From: Longimicrobiales bacterium
GTDB taxonomy: Bacteria; Gemmatimonadota; Gemmatimonadetes; Longimicrobiales; Gaopeijiaceae
Reading direction: 5' to 3'
Length of the DNA: 64,000 nt
Assembly (NCBI GenBank): GCA_965218295.1
Contig: CBDCKN010000013.1
Span: 553,032-617,031 of the forward strand
Each line of letters opens with the position of its first letter. Position 1 is the stretch's first letter. Below, piece after piece: positions 8,922-18,415 of this stretch. A program made the position numbers and the translations under genes. The notes under the pieces are model-generated. The model was given only the letters and a program-made list of their open reading frames with translations, searched no databases and had not been told where the DNA came from.

Positions 8922-11179
8922 AGCGGGCTTGGAATGTGGCTCGACGAGAGATCGGGACCTTTTTCGACCATCCCACCGCCTACATCCTGGTGGTGGCGTT
9001 CCTGAGCCTGGGGCTCTTCCTGACCTTCCGCACGCTGTACGCGGCGGGGATCGCCACCATGCGCCCCTTCTTCGACATGCTGCCCTGGCTCTTCGCCATC
9101 TTCATCCCGGCCATGACCATGCGCTCGCTGGCCGAGGAGCGGCGGAGCGGCACCCTGGAGTGGCTCCTGGCCCACCCCCTCGGTGAGGCCGAAGTCATCG
9201 CGGGCAAGTTCATCGGAAACTGGATCTTCGCGCTCATCGCGCTGGCGGGCAGCGTGCCCACGGCGGCCGGACTGCTCATGGTATCCGAGGCCGACGCCGG
9301 CATGATGGCGGCCCAGTACATCGGCGCCGGTCTGCTGGCGGCGCTGGGCGTAGCGGTGGGCCTTTGGGCCTCCAGTCTCACCCGGAACCAGATCACCGCG
9401 TTCATGGTGGCGGCGTCGGTGTCGTTCTTCCTGGTGCTGATCGGCACTCCGGTCGTTCTCATCGGCCTGCCACCCGCGTTGGGAGCCGCCGTCTCCCGCC
9501 TGTCCGTCATCGGGCACTTCACCAACGTGGCCCGGGGCGTGGTCGACCTGCGGGACATCATCTACTTCCTGTCCACCACGGCCCTGTTCCTGGTCTTGGC
9601 CACCGGTCTCTTGAGCCGAGAGCGTCTGGCGCTCGGCCGTGGGGCATACCGTCGCCTCCGGATCGGGACCGCGGCCCTGGCGGCCGTGGTCGTCGTGGTG
9701 AACCTCTTGGGCGGCAACATCCGGGGACGCCTGGATCTGACGAGTGGTGGCCTCTACACCCTCTCCGACGGAACCCGGGAGATCCTGGGCGAGCTGGACG
9801 ACATCGTCACGCTCAAGCTGGTCGTCTCCGACGAGCTGCCCACCGAGCTGGTTCCCTCGCTACGGGACGTGCGAGACCTGGTGTCCGATCTGCGTCGGGC
9901 CGCGAGGGGACAGCTCATAGTAGAGAACCTGAACCCGGACGACGATGAAGACGTGGCCGCCGAGGCCCGAGCCCTCGGCGTCACACAAAACGAGTTCAAC
10001 ATCCTCCGGGACGACGAGTTCGAGGTCCGGCGCGGCTGGTTCGGCCTCGCCCTCCTGTACGCCGACGAGCGCGAGGTCATCCCCTACATCGCTCGGACCG
10101 ACGACCTCGAGTTCCGCATCCTCTCGAGCATCTCTTCCATGACCACGGAGGTGAAGCCCAGGGTGACCTTCCTCACGGGCTTTGGGGCCGAGAGCGCGAC
10201 CACGTATCCGTCACTCCGGCAAGGCCTGGTGGACCGGTACGAGATCGGGCGGGCCGACCTATCCGGCGACACGATCCCGGAGCTGGATCCTGACACGCTG
10301 GATATCATCGTCCTGGCCGGGCCGGACCAGACCATGTCCGACGAGTCGATCCAGCGCGTGCGCTCGTACGTCGAGGGGGGCGGAGCCGCCCTCCTCCTCC
10401 TGGACAACAACCAGGTCTCGCCCCAGTCACCCATCACGAGCCCGGTCAGCACAGGGCTGGAGGGCTTCCTGGAGGAGAACGGGATCCGGATGGATGCCGG
10501 GATGGCCATGGACTACAGCTCCAACTCGACCATCTCCATGGGCAGGCAAGGCATCTTCAACCTGGTGCGCCCCTACCCTCTCTGGCCCATCGCTTTCAAG
10601 GGAGATGACCACCCGACGACCCGGGATCTGAGCAACTTGACCGTGGGTTGGGCCACGGCCATCACGGTCACCGACAGCGCGACCGTCCGAAGGCTCTGGG
10701 TCACCTCGGAGGCGGGGTACGTCCAGCCGTCGGGTGGAATGATCATGCCCGAGGCCCTGCCGGAGCCCGATCCCGACGACCTGCGGACCGTGACGCTCGC
10801 CGTGGCCCTGGACGCGCGTGTGGCGGAAGACGGTGGAGCGGAAGACGGTGAAGCGGAAGACGGTGAAGCGGCCAAGATCGGCCGCATGATCGTGGTGGGG
10901 GACGTGGACTTCCTGCAGGAGCAGTTCATCCGCTCCAACCCGCAGAACCTGATCTTCGCCGCCAACGCCATCGACTGGCTCGCCCAGGACGAGGCGCTCA
11001 TCGGCATCCGCTCCAAGACGCGGACGCCGCCAGCCATGTCGTTCACGTCCGACTTCCAGAAGACGGCCCTGAAGTGGGGGAATCTGGTGGGCGTGCCGAT
11101 GCTTTTCGTCCTGGCAGGCACGGTCCGTGTCACCGGTCGGCGACGCAGAGCCGAGGCACGCTGGGAGGAGATGACCTGA
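8918..11179 (+). CDS. ABC permease GldF-GldG fusion
   Basis: ABC-2 transmembrane domain (AEERRSGTLEWLL) followed by RLDLT..LYTLS and GDVDFL..N..F..NAIDWL. Confidence 0.88.
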   Translation: MKRAWNVARREIGTFFDHPTAYILVVAFLSLGLFLTFRTLYAAGIATMRPFFDMLPWLFAIFIPAMTMRSLAEERRSGTLEWLLAHPLGEAEVIAGKFIGNWIFALIALAGSVPTAAGLLMVSEADAGMMAAQYIGAGLLAALGVAVGLWASSLTRNQITAFMVAASVSFFLVLIGTPVVLIGLPPALGAAVSRLSVIGHFTNVARGVVDLRDIIYFLSTTALFLVLATGLLSRERLALGRGAYRRLRIGTAALAAVVVVVNLLGGNIRGRLDLTSGGLYTLSDGTREILGELDDIVTLKLVVSDELPTELVPSLRDVRDLVSDLRRAARGQLIVENLNPDDDEDVAAEARALGVTQNEFNILRDDEFEVRRGWFGLALLYADEREVIPYIARTDDLEFRILSSISSMTTEVKPRVTFLTGFGAESATTYPSLRQGLVDRYEIGRADLSGDTIPELDPDTLDIIVLAGPDQTMSDESIQRVRSYVEGGGAALLLLDNNQVSPQSPITSPVSTGLEGFLEENGIRMDAGMAMDYSSNSTISMGRQGIFNLVRPYPLWPIAFKGDDHPTTRDLSNLTVGWATAITVTDSATVRRLWVTSEAGYVQPSGGMIMPEALPEPDPDDLRTVTLAVALDARVAEDGGAEDGEAEDGEAAKIGRMIVVGDVDFLQEQFIRSNPQNLIFAANAIDWLAQDEALIGIRSKTRTPPAMSFTSDFQKTALKWGNLVGVPMLFVLAGTVRVTGRRRRAEARWEEMT

Positions 11180-12102
11180 TGAGTGAGCAAACCCTGAAGA
11201 GGATCCTGGTCACCCTCGGAGTGCTGGTGGTGCTCTGGGGCATCTCGTCCCTGTTGTCCGGCCGGGGTGGCGGGGGCACCTCTCGGGCAGACGACGGGGT
11301 GGCGGCGGCGCTGGAGGGCCTGGACGGCACCAACGTGGAGTCCGTGCACATCGACGGCCCCCTTGCCACGCTGATCCTGGAGCGGAGCGCCGGCGCGTGG
11401 ACCGTCAACGGCTACCCGGCGGACTCTTCCGCCGTCGACCGGCTCTGGGACGCCCTCGAGGGCTCGGAGGTGGGAGGCGTGGTGGCGACGAACCCGGCCA
11501 ACCACGAGCGCATGGGGGTGTCGCCGGACAACGCCTGGACGGTGGAGCTGACGCGAGCCGGCGGTGGGACTTCGTCCGTACTCATCGGAAAGAACGGGCC
11601 CACGTACCCCAGCACGTATGCGCGCCTTCCAGACCAGGACGTCGTCGTGGTGGTCTCCGGTGACCTCAGGTCGGCGGTGGCCCGAGGGCTCGTGGCCTGG
11701 CGAGACAAGACGGTCTTGCGCACGGACACGGCTGCCGTGGCCCGCGTTGTCATCGAGGCGGAAGGAGGCTCCCACACCCTGGAGCGCCCCGACAGCGTGT
11801 GGATGGTGAACGGTGAGGTCGCCGCCGCCATCGCCGTGGGCAACCTCATGCGAGAGCTCAACCTCCTTGTGGCTACCGGCTTCCTTGAGGACGGTGCGGC
11901 CACGGAGGAGAGTCCCATGCGGGTGACCGCCCTGAACGCGGCCGGCGATACCTTGAGCACGGTCCTCCTCACCGGTGAAGAAAGCACACGCTACGCCCGG
12001 GTACCGGGCAACGAGGTCGTGTTCGAGATTCCGAGCTGGCGAGTCGAGCGAATCGTCCCCGATCTGGAGCAGCTCCTACCGGAGGAGGGCGGGGGCCGCT
12101 GA
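11179..12102 (+). CDS. DUF4340-domain protein
   Basis: N-terminal membrane anchor, two repeats (W.VNG..A), typical position after GldG. Confidence 0.75.
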   Translation: MSEQTLKRILVTLGVLVVLWGISSLLSGRGGGGTSRADDGVAAALEGLDGTNVESVHIDGPLATLILERSAGAWTVNGYPADSSAVDRLWDALEGSEVGGVVATNPANHERMGVSPDNAWTVELTRAGGGTSSVLIGKNGPTYPSTYARLPDQDVVVVVSGDLRSAVARGLVAWRDKTVLRTDTAAVARVVIEAEGGSHTLERPDSVWMVNGEVAAAIAVGNLMRELNLLVATGFLEDGAATEESPMRVTALNAAGDTLSTVLLTGEESTRYARVPGNEVVFEIPSWRVERIVPDLEQLLPEEGGGR

Positions 12103-12166
12103 TCCGCGGGATCTGCTCCGGCGGGTCCGTGTATTCCGAGATACATCCCCGGGCAGGCCGCCAACG

Positions 12167-14086
12167 ATGCTCGGGAACCCGTTACTCAGGAGAACGTCGG
12201 TGCTACGCTTCGCCACCCCACCCGGGGCACTGGTCCTATCCGCCGTACTGGTGGGACTCGTTCCCGCGACCCCGTCCGGCTTGTCCGGCCAAGATGCGAA
12301 TCCGGATTCCCTCAAGCTCCTGGCCAAGGCCAAGGAGGCCCAGGCCCGCTTCGAGCGATTCCGGGAGCAGCGGATCCCCCCCGAGCTGGCCGGATACGGA
12401 GGTGGCTGCGACGATCTCATCGGCCGTTTCTGCCTCCGCTTCGGGGACGGTGAGGACGAGGACGAGTGGCAGGTTCCGGAAGAGCCGGTGGAGTTCGGAA
12501 TGGCCCGGATACGGGTCCTGGATGAGCTCGCCGAAGTCGGACAGGAGATCCCGGGTGATTCGTGGGTCCTGGGCCAGCGTGTCTACTACATGGGTGAGGT
12601 GGGCAGCTGGCGGCAGGCCGAAGCGCTGATCCGGCGCTGCAGCGGCGAGCAGTGGTGGTGCACCGCGCTCTTCGGGTACGTGACGCACGCCCAGGGCGAC
12701 TGGGTCTTCGCCGCGGAGATCTTCGAGCGCGCCCTCGAGCAGATGCCCCCAGAGGAAGCGGTGCGCTTCCGCACGCCCACCTACCTCCTGGACCCCGGGG
12801 CCATGGAGGTCTACGAGGCGTCCGACGACAGGGACGCCATCGAGGATCGGCTCTGGCTCCTCTCCGACCCCCTCTACATGGTCGAAGGCAACGATCGCAG
12901 GACCGAGCAGTACGCTCGGCAGGTCCTCATCCGCATGCGAGGAGAGGCGGAGAACGCCTACGGGGTGGCGTGGGGGGACGACATCGAGCAGCTCACCCTC
13001 CGCTACGGGGCCGAGAAGGCGTGGGAGCGCGTACGAGCCCTCGTGGGACAAGGCCTTCAGGACACGCGCAGGATCGTGGGCCGGCATCATCCCAAGAGCC
13101 AGGAGTTCCTTCCCCCAAAGGAAGGCCTGGAGGATCCGGCAGAAGTGGCGCCGGGGGATTGGACGGTCGGAAAGATCCGCCCGTGGACCGGGTACGCTCC
13201 TCCGTACGCGCCGGACCTCGATCCACTCGAGACCCAGGTGGCGCGCTTCCGCCGGGGGGACTCGCTCCTGGTGGTAGGGGCCTTCGCGCCCGAGGTCGAG
13301 AACAAGCCCGAGGTCGACAGCCGCTGGAGAGCCCGGAATCCGCGGGGCGTCAACATGCGGGACCGACGTGCCGAGACGCGGGGCGATCGGCAGGCCAGGC
13401 TGAATCCCTTCGGACGGCGGGTGGAGGAGCCGCAGCCGTTCATGCCCGAGGAGCCCGAGGTGGAAGGACCCGTCCAGTCGGGCCTCTTCCTCATCGACAC
13501 CGACACCGGCGAGCGCCACGAGGTCCTGGGTGAAGGCCCCGAGGGCGCGTTCCAGCTCCAGGTGGACAACGGTCGCTACATCGTCGGCGTGGAGGCGTTC
13601 AGTGCGGACGCCAAACAGGCGTGGCGGGACCGCCACGGGCTCTGGCAGGACGACATCGTACCGGGCCTGGCGGCCGTCTCGGACCTGTTGATCCTGAAGG
13701 GCGGCGGTGAGCTCCCTGAGTCGCTGGACGAGGCCCTCCCCACGGCCATGCCGGCCATCCGCATCCGCGCCGGTGAGGCGTTCAAGGTAGCGTGGGAGCT
13801 GTACGGGCTCCGCATCGGCGAGTCCGCCACCGTGCGCATCGGGGTGGACCAGGGCGGAGAAGGATTCCTACGGGCCCTGGGGCAGTTCCTGCGCGTCCTG
13901 GAGCCCGACGCTCCGGTTGTCATGGCGTTCGAGGACGCGGGCCCCGACGTGCTCGGCACGGTCTTCCGCGCGGTCCAGCTGAACTTGCCAGACCTGGAGC
14001 CCGGAGAGTATGCCCTCACGGTAGAGATCGAGCTCTCCGGACGCGAGCCCATGGTCGTGGCACGGCCGATCATCATCGTCCCATGA
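12167..14086 (+). CDS. Exported hypothetical protein (TPR-like N-terminus, GWxTD-like middle)
   Basis: Signal peptide; W.LSDPLY..GNDRRTE segment; 639-aa ORF with normal codon bias. Confidence 0.65.
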   Translation: MLGNPLLRRTSVLRFATPPGALVLSAVLVGLVPATPSGLSGQDANPDSLKLLAKAKEAQARFERFREQRIPPELAGYGGGCDDLIGRFCLRFGDGEDEDEWQVPEEPVEFGMARIRVLDELAEVGQEIPGDSWVLGQRVYYMGEVGSWRQAEALIRRCSGEQWWCTALFGYVTHAQGDWVFAAEIFERALEQMPPEEAVRFRTPTYLLDPGAMEVYEASDDRDAIEDRLWLLSDPLYMVEGNDRRTEQYARQVLIRMRGEAENAYGVAWGDDIEQLTLRYGAEKAWERVRALVGQGLQDTRRIVGRHHPKSQEFLPPKEGLEDPAEVAPGDWTVGKIRPWTGYAPPYAPDLDPLETQVARFRRGDSLLVVGAFAPEVENKPEVDSRWRARNPRGVNMRDRRAETRGDRQARLNPFGRRVEEPQPFMPEEPEVEGPVQSGLFLIDTDTGERHEVLGEGPEGAFQLQVDNGRYIVGVEAFSADAKQAWRDRHGLWQDDIVPGLAAVSDLLILKGGGELPESLDEALPTAMPAIRIRAGEAFKVAWELYGLRIGESATVRIGVDQGGEGFLRALGQFLRVLEPDAPVVMAFEDAGPDVLGTVFRAVQLNLPDLEPGEYALTVEIELSGREPMVVARPIIIVP

Positions 14087-14392
14087 CTTCATCACGCCCA
14101 TGACGTAGGCCGTACCCTCACCGCACCCCGCCTTCCAAGCCGGCCGAGACCGCTCGATCACGAACCCCTCAGCCTCGTAGACGGCCTGGGCCCGCTCGTT
14201 GAAGTCGTAGACGTCGAGCCATAGGTGACTGGCCCCCAGATCTCCGAACGCCGCCTCCTTCACGAGGCGCATGGCGTCCTTGCCGTAGCCGCGCCCCTTG
14301 TCGGAGATGGCGATGCCCCGATGCCCGGAAAGGCCGACGCGAAGAGAAGGAGTGAGACGGCGAGGGGAACAATGACCTTGAACTGCCCTCAT
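14083..14392 (-). pseudogene. GNAT acetyltransferase (RimJ/RimL-like) fragment
   Basis: KGRGYGKDAM...LWLDVYDFNERAQAVYEAEGF; N-terminus degraded. Confidence 0.6.
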
Positions 14393-14433
14393 GGCCGCTC
14401 CCCACCACCCTCCACGTCCCCGATCCGCCCGCC

Positions 14434-14544
14434 CCGATTGTATCGGTACATTATCCGGCTCCGATTGTCTCGATTGTCACAGTTCGATGACGATAAATGT
14501 TGACAAACGGTCTGTCAATACATACGATTGTCCCTATGACAATC
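14434..14544 (+). promoter_or_regulatory. Sigma70 promoter and probable MocR operator repeats
   Basis: TTGACA (14500-14505), 17 bp, TACGAT (14523-14528); several GATTGT repeats; palindrome GATTGTC-N5-GACAATC (14526-14544). Confidence 0.7.
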
Positions 14545-15933
14545 TGGAGACCACGGATCGAAGACGACGACGGGCCGCGCTACCTGGCTATCGCCAACGC
14601 CATCGCTACTGACCTGGAATCCGGGGTCCTCACACCGGGCTCCCGCCTTCCCACCCACCGCAACCTGGCCGACTTCCTGGGGGTGACGGTAGGGACGGTG
14701 ACGCGAGGCTATTCGGAAGCCGAGCGGAGGGGCCTGACAGTGGGTGAGGTGGGGCGAGGCACCTTCGTCCGCAGCCGCGAGGTCGAGGAGTACGGCTGGG
14801 CGGCGGCCCAGCCGGGCGAGGCCGGCCGGGTCATCGACCTGAGCCTCGCCTGCCCGTGGACCGCTCCGGGCGAAGGAGAGCTCCTGGCCGAGACACTACG
14901 GCAGATCACCCGTGAGGCCGACATGGTCGAGCTCCTCCAGTACCACCCCGACAGCGCCACGTTGCGGCATCGAGCGGCAGCCGCGTCGTGGATCGAGCGT
15001 ACTGGGATGGAGGCTCCGCCCGAGCGGATCATCGTCACCGCCGGCGCTCAGCACGCCATGACCGTACTCTTCTCCGCCCTGCTGCGCCCAGGCGATATCA
15101 TCCTCACCGGCCAGCTCACCTACCCCGGGATGAAGGCCCTCGCCCAGATGCTCGGGCTCCGCATCCGTGGCGTGGCGCTGGACGAGGAGGGCATTCGCCC
15201 CGACGCCCTGGAAGAGGCCTGCCACGACGGCTCACCCGCCGCCCTCTACTGTGTCCCCACCCTCCAGAACCCGACGTGCGGGGTCATGTCCGAGGAGCGG
15301 CGGCGGCAGCTCGCGAAAGTAGCCAAGCGGCATGACCTGGTGGTGGTGGAGGACCACGTCCACGCTCATATGGTGGACGACGAACCCCCTCCCCTCAGCG
15401 TCTTCGCCCCTGAGCGGACGATCCACCTGAGTACGATCTCCAAGTCGGTGACTTTCGGACTCCGCACAGGCTTCGTTCTCGCTCCCGACCATCTGGTCGA
15501 GCGGATCCGCGCCGGAGTGCGCTCCACCATCTGGATGCCGCCCCCCCTCATGGCCGAGGTGACCACGCGCTGGCTGTCCGACGGCACCGCAGACCGCATC
15601 GCGGCCATGAAGCGAGAGGAGCTCCAGGCTCGCACCGCCATCGTCCGTGAGGTCCTCGGCGACCGCTACGACCTGAGAGGCACGGACTCATCCATCCACT
15701 TCTGGCTCCAGCTTCCCGAGCCGTGGCGGAGTGACGAGTGCGTGGCGCAAGCACGCCAGCGGGGCGTCCTGGTGGCCGGCGCAGAGGCGTTCGCGGTGGG
15801 ACGGCGGGACGTGCCCCACGCGGTGCGGGTATGCATCGCAAGTGTCCCCCGCCGAGAGGATCTGAGGCGCGGGCTCGAGATCCTAGGCGAGGTGCTTGAG
15901 GGCTGCTCCGACCCCTGCGTCGACATCCTGTGA
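14536..15933 (+). CDS. MocR/GabR-type PLP-dependent GntR regulator
   Basis: wHTH (RLPTHRNLA..LGVTVGTV.RGY) fused to an aminotransferase domain (QNPT, STISK, LRTG). Confidence 0.93.
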   Translation: MTIWRPRIEDDDGPRYLAIANAIATDLESGVLTPGSRLPTHRNLADFLGVTVGTVTRGYSEAERRGLTVGEVGRGTFVRSREVEEYGWAAAQPGEAGRVIDLSLACPWTAPGEGELLAETLRQITREADMVELLQYHPDSATLRHRAAAASWIERTGMEAPPERIIVTAGAQHAMTVLFSALLRPGDIILTGQLTYPGMKALAQMLGLRIRGVALDEEGIRPDALEEACHDGSPAALYCVPTLQNPTCGVMSEERRRQLAKVAKRHDLVVVEDHVHAHMVDDEPPPLSVFAPERTIHLSTISKSVTFGLRTGFVLAPDHLVERIRAGVRSTIWMPPPLMAEVTTRWLSDGTADRIAAMKREELQARTAIVREVLGDRYDLRGTDSSIHFWLQLPEPWRSDECVAQARQRGVLVAGAEAFAVGRRDVPHAVRVCIASVPRREDLRRGLEILGEVLEGCSDPCVDIL

Positions 15934-15988
15934 TGCCGCGTCCTGCGATGTCGCATCCTGCCCTGGCCCGCGCCCCCAGGAAGTAGTG

Positions 15989-16495
15989 ATGGAGATTCAA
16001 GACATCGACGAGTTCCTGGGATACCTGGAAAGGGTACGCCAGCGCACAGAGAGCGTGGTGCTCTGTATCACCGAGGCGAGCCTCGAGTGGAGCCCCGGAA
16101 TGGGGTCCTTCACCCCGGGCGATTTCGTGCGGCACATTGCGGGGACCGAGCGCTGGATCTGGGCCGAGAACGTCATGGGGCGAGCGAGCCGGTACCCGGG
16201 CCACGGCCCGGAGCTGGCCACGGGGCTCGACGCTGTCATCCAGTACTTGAACAGCCTGCACGCCGAGGCGGTCGAGATCTTCCGCACGCTCACGCCGGGG
16301 CAGCTTCAGGCCAAGTGCCCAACCGTAGGGGGCATCGAGCTCAGGACCTGGAAGTGGCTCCGAGCCATGGTGGAGCACGAGATCCACCATCGCGGGCAGC
16401 TCTATACCACCCTCAGGCTCGCCGAAGTGGAGACACCCTCGCTCTATGGCCTGACCGAGCCGCAGGTGCTGGAGCGCAGCCGGCCGGCCGAGTGA
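15989..16495 (+). CDS. DinB-family protein
   Basis: VRHIAGTERW...EHEIHHRGQ. Confidence 0.9.
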   Translation: MEIQDIDEFLGYLERVRQRTESVVLCITEASLEWSPGMGSFTPGDFVRHIAGTERWIWAENVMGRASRYPGHGPELATGLDAVIQYLNSLHAEAVEIFRTLTPGQLQAKCPTVGGIELRTWKWLRAMVEHEIHHRGQLYTTLRLAEVETPSLYGLTEPQVLERSRPAE

Positions 16496-16522
16496 CATTG
16501 GATGACAACGAACGAGTGATCA

Positions 16523-16669
16523 GTGGAGGTGGATGATGCGGTGGTTCACCCCAGGCTCAAGCAGCCCATGAGCATGGCCGACCTGTTCTTCTTCATCGCT
16601 GAGCACGACGACCATCACCTGGCTCGCATCCGAGAAGTCGGCAGCCTCCAGCGGGAGGTGGGCGCATGA
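16523..16669 (+). pseudogene. C-terminal remnant of a second DinB-family gene
   Basis: Reads ...HPRLKQPMSMADLFFFIAEHDDHHLARIRE...; stop overlaps the next ATG. Confidence 0.65.
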
Positions 16670-17355
16670 GCATCGGAGCGCACAGGGAAAGCTGGATCCG
16701 ACCCGTCATCGTGGAAGGGGAGCTCGTGCGCCTGGTCCCGCTCCGAGCCGAGCACGCGGCGGAGCTCTGGAAGGTGGGCCAGGACCCGGACATCTGGCGC
16801 TGGATGCCCTGGACCATGGAGGCGGAGTCGGACTTCGAGAGGCAGGTCGCCGGCTTACTCGAGTGGGCGGAGACCAACTTCGGACAGAGCTACGTCATCG
16901 AGGTTCTTGACGGCAGTGGCATCGTGGGAAGCACCTCGTACCTCAACGCCGACCGGGCCAACCGCAGGGTAGAGATCGGAGCGACCTGGATCACTCCGGC
17001 GTGGCAGCGCACCCGCGTCAACACCGCGTGCAAGCTGCTCCTCTTGCGGCATGCCTTCGAGGAGTTACAGGCGAATCGGGTCGAGTTCAAGACCGACTCC
17101 ATGAACGTGCGCTCGCGTGCGGCCATCGCCAGGATCGGGGCCCGCGAGGAGGGTACTCTGCGGAATCACATGGTGCGGCCCGACGGATCCGTGCGACACA
17201 GCACCTACTTCGGTGTCACCGTCGAGGAGTGGCCCAGAATTCAGGAGCACCTGCGCCGACTGCTGACGGCGTACGACAGTCCCCTCCCGGCCTGCGGTAC
17301 TACCAGGCCTGGACGATGGCACGAATCCAGTCGGAGAGCACCACCAGATCCCTGA
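16666..17355 (+). CDS. GNAT N-acetyltransferase (RimJ/RimL family)
   Basis: VEIGATW...RVEFKTD..N.RSRAAI.RIGA..EG.LR.H. Confidence 0.9.
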   Translation: MSIGAHRESWIRPVIVEGELVRLVPLRAEHAAELWKVGQDPDIWRWMPWTMEAESDFERQVAGLLEWAETNFGQSYVIEVLDGSGIVGSTSYLNADRANRRVEIGATWITPAWQRTRVNTACKLLLLRHAFEELQANRVEFKTDSMNVRSRAAIARIGAREEGTLRNHMVRPDGSVRHSTYFGVTVEEWPRIQEHLRRLLTAYDSPLPACGTTRPGRWHESSRRAPPDP

Positions 17356-18415
17356 GGTCGATGACCTCCACAGGAGAGTGCGAGTAGCGGAGCGGCCAGC
17401 CTAACGGAATGTCCACGACGCCCCAAGGGGCCCACGCCGAGCCGTCGTTCCCCCCGTTGGTGGTGCCGACCTGGAGCGGCAGGCCGCGGGCCCGGCCCAC
17501 CGCCAGGAGCGAATCGAGGACCCCCGGCGGAGTAACTGACGAATTATCTACGGCCCGGGCCACCGGCCCCTTGCCGATGGGCGCCACGGCGAAGTTCTGG
17601 GGATCGATGGGCGTGTCCGCTGAGACGAAGGTGTCCACGGGATAGACACGATGGGCTTCGAAGCCGAGAGTGCGGGCGGCGTAGGCGCTTCCCACGAGGC
17701 CGATCTCCTCCTCCACCACCCACAGGAACACGAACTCGTGTTGGGCGGTGGCTGGATCCAACTCTTGGAGCGCCAGGATCTGGGCCGTCGAGCCCACCCG
17801 ATCGTCGAAGGAGCGGCCCGTCACCCGGGTTCCGGCGAGGCGCACGAACTCCTTGGGGTTGGTGACCGTCTGGCCGACCTCGATGCCCAGGGCTTCCGCT
17901 TCGGCCCGGGATCGGGCGCCTACGTCCACCCTGGTCGGACCGGGGGGGATGGTGCGCCGGGGCTCGCTGGTGAATTCCCGAGGGACGAATACGCCGTTGA
18001 TGGGGTCGTCTTCCCTGTGGACGATGGCTGGAGTGCCCTCCCAGAGCCACGGAAGGAATCCGCCCCTTTCCCTCACCGTGAGCAAGCCGTCTTCACCGAT
18101 CTCCGTGACCTGGAATCCGGTCTCGTCCATGTGGGCCACGAACACCGACACTGGCTCGCCGTGACCCACCCGAACCCAGACATTACCAGCAGAATCCACC
18201 TCGGGATCGGCCCAGTCGGGTAGGTTGTCGAGGACGGCCTTTCGGACCTCACCTTCGTCGCCCGAGACGCCGTACGTCTCGACGAGCTCTTCCAGGAGTC
18301 GAGCCGCCTTCTCGATGCGCTCCGGGGTCACCTGACCATGGAGCGGCCCGGCCAAAAGGGCGAGAATGAGTGGGGGGGCCCCCACCGCCCATCGTCCCAT
18401 GGACCCGCCCGTCAT
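17300..18415 (-). CDS. M42-family metalloaminopeptidase, exported, catalytic residues intact
   Basis: VAHMDE, SFDDRVG, VEEEIG, VDT and YSHSP motifs; signal peptide. Confidence 0.88.
   Translation of the reverse strand: MTGGSMGRWAVGAPPLILALLAGPLHGQVTPERIEKAARLLEELVETYGVSGDEGEVRKAVLDNLPDWADPEVDSAGNVWVRVGHGEPVSVFVAHMDETGFQVTEIGEDGLLTVRERGGFLPWLWEGTPAIVHREDDPINGVFVPREFTSEPRRTIPPGPTRVDVGARSRAEAEALGIEVGQTVTNPKEFVRLAGTRVTGRSFDDRVGSTAQILALQELDPATAQHEFVFLWVVEEEIGLVGSAYAARTLGFEAHRVYPVDTFVSADTPIDPQNFAVAPIGKGPVARAVDNSSVTPPGVLDSLLAVGRARGLPLQVGTTNGGNDGSAWAPWGVVDIPLGWPLRYSHSPVEVIDLRDLVVLSDWIRAIVQAW

Noticed and set aside
10823..10870. 15-bp repeat three times (AEDGG/AEDGE) as an array
   Set aside because: In-frame low-complexity linker within GldG; no spacers
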